Virus record (IMG/VR): IMGVR_UViG_3300026187_000027
Span: 1-45,829 of that record
Direction: 5' to 3' (one strand)
Length of the DNA: 45,829 nucleotides
Source of the DNA: a virus
Lineage: Duplodnaviria > Caudoviricetes
A program made the translations under genes and the position numbers. The notes beneath the pieces are model-generated. The model worked only from the letters and a program-made list of their open reading frames with translations. It did no database searches and was not told where the DNA came from. Positions 37,812-45,829 of this stretch are shown piece after piece (the first letter of the stretch is position 1; every line of letters begins with the position of its first letter).

Positions 37812-38360
37812 TTATAGCAATTGGAACTGAAATGAAAGAGCTACTATTGGGTCTTTATTAAAATTTTTGCTTATAGAATGCCTTAAATAGGAGGAAAATA
37901 TAATAAGAGTATCTTCTTTTAATTCTTGTTTCCACCGTCTTTTTTTGTTTCTTCCAAACTCATATTCAAACATGACAGTTGATGGTTTGTCTCCTTCTTT
38001 TAAACAATATAAAACAGATATTTCAGGAGATCCTTCATAATCCCAATCATCAATATGATGATGCGATCCTAAATTTTCATTAGGCATTAATACTAAACCA
38101 CCTCTTTTAACCAATATAGGAGTAGGTCCATACTCTCCTCGGTAATGATCTCTCATATAATCATGTATCCAAGCTAGATGTTGATGATCATCTATCTTTA
38201 CATAATTATAATCAGCATACCAATCTTCGTCATTTAAACGTTTATCTAAAACGTGATTACGAATGGCGTTTGCTATTAAATTTTTTTTATCTACTTTAAG
38301 AAGATCAGAAACTTTATGTGTAATAACAAACTGTTCGGATAGAACTTTCTTATTAAACAT
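37812..38360 (-). CDS. Divergent 2OG-Fe(II) oxygenase-like protein (182 aa)
   Basis: SHHH...SVLYCL...LIIFSSYLRHSISKN...ALSF double-stranded beta-helix pattern. Confidence 0.65.
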   Translation of the reverse strand: MFNKKVLSEQFVITHKVSDLLKVDKKNLIANAIRNHVLDKRLNDEDWYADYNYVKIDDHQHLAWIHDYMRDHYRGEYGPTPILVKRGGLVLMPNENLGSHHHIDDWDYEGSPEISVLYCLKEGDKPSTVMFEYEFGRNKKRRWKQELKEDTLIIFSSYLRHSISKNFNKDPIVALSFQFQLL

Positions 38361-38363
38361 TAA

Positions 38364-38903
38364 TTATAAGGCAACCCAAGCGGAAGCACTAGCATCCCAT
38401 CTAAAATTATTAACTGGATCGGATACATCTTTGCAAACCCAACGAGTGTTAGTTTCATCCCAGAAAATTTCGTAATTAGCTACCCTTGCATCTCCAGCAC
38501 TTGTTCCATCTGGTGCTTTGTTAGCATCAATGTCTGCTTGTGTCCAAGTTGTATTATATGTCGTAACACTTGGATAAGCTACAGGAGCTTCCCAAACACA
38601 TGTAGTTTCATTGACGACCCATGATGCATGTGGTTTTGGCGGAATAAATGCATCACGGTCCTCATCATAAGTGTAACCTATTCCCGCATAATTTTTGCGA
38701 AAAGGAGTTCCACCTAAAGAGTGAACATTAGCTTGTGTATTGTAAGATGTTTGTTTCCATAAAGGCCATCCGTGTATATTTTCTAAGAACTGTATCCCTA
38801 CTTGTTCATCTTCATTATTATCAGCGTTTTGACAGTCTGCATCTGCAACGACTTCTACGCCAATAACTTTTGAATTAATTCCTAATTTTGCGAAATGTGC
38901 CAT
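38364..38903 (-). CDS. Conserved fibre-associated protein, probable assembly chaperone (179 aa)
   Basis: MAHFAKL...WKQTSYN...FRKNYAGIGYTYD..RDAFIPPKP..SW...WEAP. Confidence 0.7.
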   Translation of the reverse strand: MAHFAKLGINSKVIGVEVVADADCQNADNNEDEQVGIQFLENIHGWPLWKQTSYNTQANVHSLGGTPFRKNYAGIGYTYDEDRDAFIPPKPHASWVVNETTCVWEAPVAYPSVTTYNTTWTQADIDANKAPDGTSAGDARVANYEIFWDETNTRWVCKDVSDPVNNFRWDASASAWVAL

Positions 38904-38946
38904 ATCTATCTCCTTATATTATATTAAAAATCTTTTTTGTTAAACA

Positions 38947-40371
38947 TTAATTTTGGTATTTGTATCTTATTACTACAACACCCGAACCACCATTACCACC
39001 GCCAGCAGGAGGAGGAGTCGGACCGCCAGAACCTGGGCCAGAACCACCACCACCGCCACCTGTATTAGCAGTTCCAGGAGTGCCTGATCTTTCAGGTACA
39101 GGTGCGGCACATCCTTTACCGCCAGCACCGCCACCACCAGCACCGCCAGCAGTATTTGTTCCAGAGCCGTATGAACCACCTGATCCACCGCCTGCGTAAG
39201 TTATAGGAGAACCTGTAATACTAAGGGGAGATCCCGCACCGCCAGGGCTACCGTTTGAATCATTCGCATTAAGTGCACCATTAGCGCTGTGACCACCGCC
39301 ACCTCCACCGCCAAAACCAGCACTAGATCCATTACCACCAGGATTACCTTGAGGAGGACTAACAGGAGGGGTATTACCTGTGCCTTCAACACCGCATCCA
39401 TATGCACCGCCACCACCAGATCCACCATTAGCACCAGCTTTGCCAGGAGTTGAATCAGGGCCACCGCCCCCTCCACCGCCGCCAGCTGAAGTTATTGTTG
39501 AAAAAGTTGAATTAGTTCCACTAGGAGCTGTTCCTGTTCCACCAGATCCACCTGCACCTACAGTGATAGGATAAGCTTGTACAGAAACAGGTGTACCGCC
39601 CGTAGCTGGATTTGGAAAAGAAAATCTCATTCCACCAGCGCCAGCGCCACCAGCTCCACCTTGAGGACCAGTTGATTGAACTGCACCACCACCACCGCCT
39701 GCAACTACAAGATAGTCAACGGTAGTTGAACCAGAAGTATTTCCTGCACAACTAACTGTAAATGTTCCACTAGCAGTAAAAGTATGAATTTTGTAATCGC
39801 CTGAAGTAGTAATAGTACCACCTGTAGCTGTTACATAACTTGCTGCTTCTAAATCTCCGACATTAGATTCTTGTACATATAACCACCCTTTGGTAGCATC
39901 TACATATACAAGAACAACACTTGCTCTGTTTGTAGACAACACTGAATCAGTAGCATTACCTTGAATGTTAGAACTGTTTCGTCCTATTGTTAAATTGTTT
40001 GTTGCAAACGTTGCTGCGTAATCTTTAAATGCTACAACATCTCCTGGACTTGGACTAGATGGTAATGTAGCAGTAATAGCTCCACTTGTTGTATTAATAA
40101 AATATCCTTCACTAGATACTGCTGTAAAGTCTCCTGTTTTAATAGTGGATTGCCAATCAATACCTGGCTCTGTTAATCCTGCAACATCAATAAAAGATAA
40201 ATTTCCTGATCCATCTGTTCTAAGTAAAAAGTTTGCACTACCATCAGCACTAGGTAATATAAATGTTTCATCAGACGCAACTGTTGCTGGAGCTTTAAGT
40301 CCTACATAGTTTGAATTATCTGAATCGTATAATTTTACTTCACCTTGACTATTAATTTTTATTTCAGACAT
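38947..40371 (-). CDS. Glycine-rich tail fibre / receptor-binding paralogue 2 (474 aa)
   Basis: LPSADG...TDGSGNLSF shaft motif plus the same domains as paralogue 1. Confidence 0.8.
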   Translation of the reverse strand: MSEIKINSQGEVKLYDSDNSNYVGLKAPATVASDETFILPSADGSANFLLRTDGSGNLSFIDVAGLTEPGIDWQSTIKTGDFTAVSSEGYFINTTSGAITATLPSSPSPGDVVAFKDYAATFATNNLTIGRNSSNIQGNATDSVLSTNRASVVLVYVDATKGWLYVQESNVGDLEAASYVTATGGTITTSGDYKIHTFTASGTFTVSCAGNTSGSTTVDYLVVAGGGGGAVQSTGPQGGAGGAGAGGMRFSFPNPATGGTPVSVQAYPITVGAGGSGGTGTAPSGTNSTFSTITSAGGGGGGGGPDSTPGKAGANGGSGGGGAYGCGVEGTGNTPPVSPPQGNPGGNGSSAGFGGGGGGGHSANGALNANDSNGSPGGAGSPLSITGSPITYAGGGSGGSYGSGTNTAGGAGGGGAGGKGCAAPVPERSGTPGTANTGGGGGGSGPGSGGPTPPPAGGGNGGSGVVVIRYKYQN

Positions 40372-40388
40372 AAATGTTTTTTACCATA

Positions 40389-41858
40389 TTAATTTTGATA
40401 CTTGTAGCGAATAATTACAACACCTGAACCACCAGATTTACCTGGAGAGTTACTAGCTCCTCCACCTCCACCTCCGCCAGTGTTAGCTGTGCCTGCAGTT
40501 CCTACAACTGTTCCATTTCCACCTGCTGGAGCAGGAACAGAACTTGTTCCACCAATACCGCCACCAAAAGGTCCTCCGCCATTTCCATCATTTGGTCTAC
40601 CAGGTACAGGCTCAAAAGAAGCGCTTGCTCTACCACCACCCCCACCTGCTCTACCAACAGGAGAACCATTAATACTAGTTGTTGTTCCTACACCTCCAAT
40701 AGCAGAACTTCCATCAAGTGTATTTGAAACAGCAGGAGCAGCGCCACCTGCGCCTCCGCCACCTCCAGATTGACCTCTACAAGAAGGGTATGAAGCACCA
40801 GCAACTCCTGCATTGCCTTGAGGAGGAGATACAGGAGGAGTATTACCTGCTCCGCCACTAAAACTAGCTCCAGAACCACCACCAGAACCACCAGCAGCGC
40901 CATTTTTATCTCCAGGAGATGGACCAGGAGGATGACCTGCACCACCGCCACCTGCTGAAGTTATTATTGAAAAAACTGAATTAGCTCCACTCGCCCCTTG
41001 ACAAAAATAAGGAGCTGATCCACCTGCTCCTACTGTTACAGGGTAAGCTTGCGCTGTTACTGTTAAACCTGAAGGTGCATTTAATGGTGAAGCTGTATAG
41101 GGATCACCAGAGTTTTTTCCCTCTCTGTAACCACCAGCACCGCCGCCGCCAGAACCATCACCAGAACCAGAACCTCCACCAGCTATGACCATATATGAAA
41201 CTCCAGCACCTCCGCCTTTAGAATTACCTACAGATGACACGGTAAATGTTCCTGTGCTTGTAAACGTATGTATTTTGTAATCACCAGATGTAGTTTCAGT
41301 ACCGCCTGAAGCTGCTATGTACGTTGGTCCTTCTAAATCACCAACATTATTTTCTATTAAATATAACCAACCTTTTGTTGCATCTATGTATTGTAAAACG
41401 ACTGATGCTCTGTTGGTTGATATAACCGAATCACTTGCCGATCCTTGAATATTATTTCCATTTCTAGCTATTGTAAAATTATTAGTTGCAAATGTACCAG
41501 CATAATCTTTAAAAGCTACAAAATCACCTACGCTAGGACTTGCAGCTAAAGTACATGTAACTGCACCTGATGTAGTGTTAACAAAAAAACCTGATCCGCT
41601 ACCTGTGAAAAAATCAGATGTTTTTACATCTCCTGTTTGCCAATTAATATTTGGAACCGATACGGTATCTATATCTATAAAAGATAAATTACCTGAACCA
41701 TCTGTTTTAAGAACATTGTTATTATAACCATCAGCATTAGGAAGAATAAAATCTTGACTAGATGAAACAGTACTAGGGACTTGTAGAGAAACAGAATTAG
41801 AATTATCTGAATCTTTTAGTGTAAGTTTTCCTTGATCACGAATTCGTACATTTGCCAT
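40389..41858 (-). CDS. Glycine-rich tail fibre / receptor-binding paralogue 3 (489 aa)
   Basis: Same architecture as paralogue 2. Confidence 0.8.
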   Translation of the reverse strand: MANVRIRDQGKLTLKDSDNSNSVSLQVPSTVSSSQDFILPNADGYNNNVLKTDGSGNLSFIDIDTVSVPNINWQTGDVKTSDFFTGSGSGFFVNTTSGAVTCTLAASPSVGDFVAFKDYAGTFATNNFTIARNGNNIQGSASDSVISTNRASVVLQYIDATKGWLYLIENNVGDLEGPTYIAASGGTETTSGDYKIHTFTSTGTFTVSSVGNSKGGGAGVSYMVIAGGGSGSGDGSGGGGAGGYREGKNSGDPYTASPLNAPSGLTVTAQAYPVTVGAGGSAPYFCQGASGANSVFSIITSAGGGGAGHPPGPSPGDKNGAAGGSGGGSGASFSGGAGNTPPVSPPQGNAGVAGASYPSCRGQSGGGGGAGGAAPAVSNTLDGSSAIGGVGTTTSINGSPVGRAGGGGGRASASFEPVPGRPNDGNGGGPFGGGIGGTSSVPAPAGGNGTVVGTAGTANTGGGGGGGASNSPGKSGGSGVVIIRYKYQN

Positions 41859-41862
41859 ATCA

Positions 41863-43239
41863 TTAGTTTTGGTATTTGTATCTGATTACAACAATTCCTG
41901 AACCACCATTAGCACCTGTTGTGGGAGAATTAAGTGCACCTCCACCGCCAGCTCCAATATTTGCTGCTGCATTAGCACCAGGACCTGCGCCACCATTTAC
42001 TGGTCCGCCTCCGCCACCTGGTCCATCAGCTGATCCACCACCAGAATAATATACAGGAGAAGCTGTTATAGAAGATTGTAAACCTGCTGCTCCAGTTCCA
42101 CCAGTTGCGCTAGGTTGAGCTGATTCTCCTCGTGTAGAGATACCTCCACCTCCACCTCCAGCTTGATCGCCTGAACCTGGATTTCCTGGATGTAAACCAC
42201 CAGCACCACCTTTATTTCCTTGAGGAGGACTTACAGGAGGAGTATTTCCTCCGCCACCGCCTCTTCCGCAAGTGCCAGGGCCAGGGCCACCGCCACCGCC
42301 ACCGCCACCAGAGCCGCCAGCAGCGCCTGGAAAAACTAATCCAGTAGCTGGAGGAGAACCTCCGCCACCACCTCCGCCACCTGCGGATGTAATAGTGCTA
42401 AAAATTGAATTACTTCCCGAAACACCTATTTGAACTGGATCGTTACTACCTGGGTAAGTACCGCCACCACCTCCGCCACCTATTGTAATAGGATAAGCTT
42501 GAGCAGTAAGAGCTAAACCTCCTGAAGCTGCTGCTGGAGTTGCTGTGTAAGGATCACCAGTTGCTTTTGATTCTCTAAATCCACCTGCTCCTCCACCGCC
42601 GCCACGGTTACTAGGTTGAGTTGCTCCACCTCCACCGCCACCTGCTACTACCATATAAGAAACAGCGCCTCCATCGGCATTACCTACAGATGAAACAGTA
42701 AATGTTCCACTTGAATTAAAAGTATGAATTTTATAGTCTCCTGATGTTGTCTCTGTTCCACCTGAAGCAGCATAATATGTTGTTTGAGTACCACCTTGAT
42801 CTGCAACACTTGTGATTACCCAACCTTGAGTTGCATCTACATAAATTATTTGTAAAGCTTCTCTATCTCTAGAAAAAATTGCATCGTCAGTTGAGCCTTG
42901 TATGTTTTCTGAACCGTTTGCTGCCACAGTACAATTGTTTGTGTCCCATGTACCTGCATAATCTAATAAACCTATTTGTGCTCCTGCACTTCCTGCTGGA
43001 AGATTAACTGTAATAGCTCCTCCAGTAGTATTAACAAAATATCCTTTGCCTGCTACTGCCGTAAAAGTAGATGTTTTAATATCACCAGTCTGCCAATCAA
43101 CAGCGCCAAAACCATCAGCTGTTCCATTGTTTTGTAATGTTACGCCAGAGGGCACCGTAAAGGTATCACCTGAGTCCCCTAGAGTGAAAGAGGTTCCCGA
43201 CGAAGGAGAGATTTTATTAACTTTAATTTCTGATGCCAT
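41863..43239 (-). CDS. Glycine-rich tail fibre / receptor-binding paralogue 4 (458 aa)
   Basis: Same architecture as paralogue 1. Confidence 0.8.
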   Translation of the reverse strand: MASEIKVNKISPSSGTSFTLGDSGDTFTVPSGVTLQNNGTADGFGAVDWQTGDIKTSTFTAVAGKGYFVNTTGGAITVNLPAGSAGAQIGLLDYAGTWDTNNCTVAANGSENIQGSTDDAIFSRDREALQIIYVDATQGWVITSVADQGGTQTTYYAASGGTETTSGDYKIHTFNSSGTFTVSSVGNADGGAVSYMVVAGGGGGGATQPSNRGGGGGAGGFRESKATGDPYTATPAAASGGLALTAQAYPITIGGGGGGGTYPGSNDPVQIGVSGSNSIFSTITSAGGGGGGGGSPPATGLVFPGAAGGSGGGGGGGGPGPGTCGRGGGGGNTPPVSPPQGNKGGAGGLHPGNPGSGDQAGGGGGGISTRGESAQPSATGGTGAAGLQSSITASPVYYSGGGSADGPGGGGGPVNGGAGPGANAAANIGAGGGGALNSPTTGANGGSGIVVIRYKYQN

Positions 43240-43694
43240 TATATTATTACCACATTACCTGTTATTGTTTGCGTACCTGTAATTGTTACAGGGCCTGCTA
43301 AAACTCCTGAATCTATTGTTTGATCATCACTTAATGTTGAGTTGTGTGTTGTTACATATGTGGTTGCTGACATAGAAGCAGATGGTGCCTTTGTTGCAGG
43401 ATATGTACAAAAGACATCTTTTGTTCCTGCAGAAAAATTTACTGCTGCATCACTATTAGAGCTTGATATAATAGTGGTACGAGAAAGGGTATCTGGTGTT
43501 GCATCCGTTACTGTTCCTATACCTACTTCAAATTCATTAGCTGTTTGGTGTGATATACAATAAAAAGTTATATTACTATTACCAATACCAGCAACAAATG
43601 TTTCAAAAGTATCAGAGGATCCTGCTAAATCAATAGTACCCGTACCTGTAGTGGTACTTGTTTCTTTAACACGATCATTAAGGACAAAAGCCAT
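43239..43694 (-). CDS. Tail fibre anchor-like virion protein (151 aa)
   Basis: DRVKETSTTTGTG...EVGIGT...LSRTT...FSAGTKDVFCT. Confidence 0.7.
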   Translation of the reverse strand: MAFVLNDRVKETSTTTGTGTIDLAGSSDTFETFVAGIGNSNITFYCISHQTANEFEVGIGTVTDATPDTLSRTTIISSSNSDAAVNFSAGTKDVFCTYPATKAPSASMSATTYVTTHNSTLSDDQTIDSGVLAGPVTITGTQTITGNVVII

Positions 43695-43706
43695 TGAGAC
43701 CCTCCC

Positions 43707-44162
43707 TTATGAAATTCTTATAATAGCATCACTTGTATTTGCTGCAGGGAACTGCACAGTAAACGTACCGTTTGATGCTGTGAAGTCACCACCAAATGCT
43801 AATACACAAACTGCATCTGTTGTACTTGATCCACCATCAGTTGTGGTGTTGTAAATCAATGCACCGTTAGCAGTAAAACTAGCAGAAGTCCATTGTGCAT
43901 CCGCAAAATCAACAAAAGCTGTTGATGCTCCAGAGCCTCCTGTAACAGATTGACCCGTTAAAGTTTCTCCAGTTGCTGTATAAGCCGAACCAGATGTGTT
44001 TGTTATTTCATTTGTCGCTGAATAGTCTGTAGTAGAAGCACCTAAAGTTGCAGATGAAGTGTACAACGCAATTTTAAATGTATCCCCGCCACTAGCGAAA
44101 TCATGCTTACTTTCCAACAACTGTTGTTTAAAAGTGTTGCATATAGCTGACGATATTGCCAT
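43707..44162 (-). CDS. Conserved virion structural protein (151 aa)
   Basis: FKQQLL..HDF...FKIALYT...VDFAD..W...GALIYN...FGGD. Confidence 0.75.
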   Translation of the reverse strand: MAISSAICNTFKQQLLESKHDFASGGDTFKIALYTSSATLGASTTDYSATNEITNTSGSAYTATGETLTGQSVTGGSGASTAFVDFADAQWTSASFTANGALIYNTTTDGGSSTTDAVCVLAFGGDFTASNGTFTVQFPAANTSDAIIRIS

Positions 44163-44172
44163 TTTAATCTCC

Positions 44173-44847
44173 TTATGGTTGTTTCGATTCTAGAGGAAGT
44201 CGGAGAACACCATCAGAGTATTCGTCACGTCTTCTTCTACCTTGTTGTTCAAGTTGCAAGCCTTGTAGTGCTTGTTGATAGCCTTGTTCATAGAAAGCTA
44301 AAAGATTATCTGGTCCTTTTAAGAACTTATATGCCTCCGATAGGCAAGCATATAAAAGAACTCTTGGAGCATTTGTACTCACCCAAGTTGTTGTATTAGA
44401 TGAGGATAATCCAGTTTCTTGCTTGTTCAAAGCTAATTCAATATTATAATTGGAATTTGGTGTAGGTGCAAGATATATTGTGTCTTGATCCCACATTGCA
44501 TAGTATTTTGGTTGGGCTTGAGATGTTCGATCTGGCCAATATTCATTCATATAGGAAATATCTTTTTGCTCCAAATAATCACGAGTAGGTGTTCCTGTTG
44601 CTGGATATATCTGAGCAGAACGAATAAAGGCTAATTGCCCTGTATTGGCACCTGGTAAGGTAACAAAAGGATTGCCTTGTGTCAGACTAGCAAATTGATA
44701 GGACCTATATACATCTAAATCAACTTCTCTAAATATACGTTTTTCCGCATGTTGAATAAAATCATCAAGAATAGAGTCTGTTAAAACATCACTAGATGTC
44801 TCTGTGTAATCTCTGATTTGTGTTTGTAATTCTGAATAAGTTGTCAT
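44173..44847 (-). CDS. Head-tail adaptor / tail tubular protein (224 aa)
   Basis: TYSEL...FIQHAE.RI.R...PKYYA...APTP...LLYACL.EA..FLK. Confidence 0.78.
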   Translation of the reverse strand: MTTYSELQTQIRDYTETSSDVLTDSILDDFIQHAEKRIFREVDLDVYRSYQFASLTQGNPFVTLPGANTGQLAFIRSAQIYPATGTPTRDYLEQKDISYMNEYWPDRTSQAQPKYYAMWDQDTIYLAPTPNSNYNIELALNKQETGLSSSNTTTWVSTNAPRVLLYACLSEAYKFLKGPDNLLAFYEQGYQQALQGLQLEQQGRRRRDEYSDGVLRLPLESKQP

Positions 44848-45257
44848 GTTATACTCACTGTTATTGTACCTAAAAATGATTTAATTTCTATATCTTTATT
44901 CTCTTGATCTGTCCCTTCTAAAGGTTGCATTGTATTGACAATCACTGTCTCATAAGCCCCTGGAGATGGTATTGGATTAAATTGTGATATAGTTTGTTTT
45001 TTGACACCAAATATATTTCTAGCATAAAGGTTATTGGTCAAAGGAACAATAGCACTAATTTTTTGAGACTTAGCATATTGTAAAGATTGAGGGTCTGTTA
45101 CACGTGGTAGTGGTTCTAGCTGCGGATGTTTAGGTTCAAACTCACTAATATGGACCCATGATCCATTCCACTCTTGCACCATTTCATTATAAGGAAACGC
45201 CATACCTGAACGATCCGATATTCGTAAAGCAAATTTACCTGATGCATATCTAGCCAT
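44844..45257 (-). CDS. Conserved late protein (137 aa)
   Basis: ASGK.A..ISDRSG..FPY.EM..EWNG..VH.SEFEPKHPQL. Confidence 0.75.
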   Translation of the reverse strand: MARYASGKFALRISDRSGMAFPYNEMVQEWNGSWVHISEFEPKHPQLEPLPRVTDPQSLQYAKSQKISAIVPLTNNLYARNIFGVKKQTISQFNPIPSPGAYETVIVNTMQPLEGTDQENKDIEIKSFLGTITVSIT

Positions 45258-45829
45258 TTAAACTCCTGGAAGATATGTTTTAGGAGTCAAAAATAAACTT
45301 GTTCTTTCACCATCTTGATCCGCCGCTCGTTGGAACTCATCTTCATAAATTTGTTTTAATAATTGAATTCTGTCTGGCGCTTTTTTCATAGCTATGTAAT
45401 AAGCTAATCCAGCAGATAAACATGGAAGAAAACGAAAAGGAATCTCATTATTATTCGTGTAATCGCCCGAATCCTTCATCCGAACAAGAGCATAATATAT
45501 TAGAGTGTATGCTGAGTCTGCAGCAGGATATAGATATAGTGTTGGGTTTATCGTACGTTCAAAATAGTATTGAGTTGGTCGTCCGCTGGTCGTTTTAACG
45601 GTATAATTCCAATATGTAGCTCTACTTATACTTGATGTTGAATAATCATTATTACTTGAATCACGAATAATGACATCAGTAATATCAACAATCTGTGAAC
45701 TGTCATCAGCCGCAGAACCAAATAAATCAGTTCCTGTTAAAGCTGTTGTATTAGCCGCTAATGTTTTTTCTTGTTTTTGAATTGTCCAAAGATTTAAACC
45801 TCTATTAGCCCATTCAGCTAACATTAAAT
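45258..45829 (-). CDS. Tail tubular / adaptor protein (5' end outside the window)
   Basis: EWANRGLNLW...GRPTQYY...YP...PFRFLPC..AGLAYY; frame open to the window edge. Confidence 0.78.
   Translation of the reverse strand, partial: LMLAEWANRGLNLWTIQKQEKTLAANTTALTGTDLFGSAADDSSQIVDITDVIIRDSSNNDYSTSSISRATYWNYTVKTTSGRPTQYYFERTINPTLYLYPAADSAYTLIYYALVRMKDSGDYTNNNEIPFRFLPCLSAGLAYYIAMKKAPDRIQLLKQIYEDEFQRAADQDGERTSLFLTPKTYLPGV

Noticed and set aside
36403-43239. Diversity-generating retroelement or invertase shufflon as the source of fibre variation
   Set aside because: No reverse transcriptase or recombinase in the window, all paralogues are co-oriented, and differences are not adenine-specific
36409-43854. 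Pro-rich plus-strand ORFs and alternative-frame Val/Leu-rich ORFs
   Set aside because: By-products of GGN-rich glycine codons in the real minus-strand genes; no SD or family motifs
1-45829. Alternative genetic code or prophage context
   Set aside because: Long conserved genes translate intact with the standard bacterial code; no host genes, att sites or integrase seen

Overview
This is about 46 kb of an AT-rich, podovirus-type tailed dsDNA phage genome. It has no RNA polymerase, integrase, tRNA or CRISPR array in the window. Its Shine-Dalgarno sequence (AGAAAGGA) matches the alphaproteobacterial 16S rRNA 3' end. Gene content resembles marine SAR11 phages of the HTVC023P-like/uvMED type; this is inferred from memory, not from a database search. 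From left to right: the 5' part of terL (1-651, missing from the ORF track); a 5.5-kb divergent island of small early genes lying between terL and terS; a repeat- and hairpin-rich non-coding region; a replication module (family A DNA polymerase with Leu762, MucR-like Zn-finger protein, UvrD helicase, HNH nuclease, AEP primase, probable SSB, divergent SNF2 helicase); internal/ejection proteins; and a minus-strand tail module. The most striking locus is 30.9-43.2 kb. It holds five glycine-rich adhesin-like proteins, four of them mosaic paralogues sharing an invariant GNTPPVSPPQG motif and ending in IRYKYQN. They are interleaved with four 2OG-Fe(II) oxygenases, a sulfotransferase and a probable chaperone, making a candidate system for receptor-binding-protein shuffling plus post-translational tailoring. 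Other leads are an ATCCCAT operator-like motif at early promoters with an unannotated, apparently leaderless RHH regulator; a ~200-nt structured RNA leader; and an iteron-like region with an anti-SD-loop hairpin upstream of terS. All family assignments come from motif recognition by eye.
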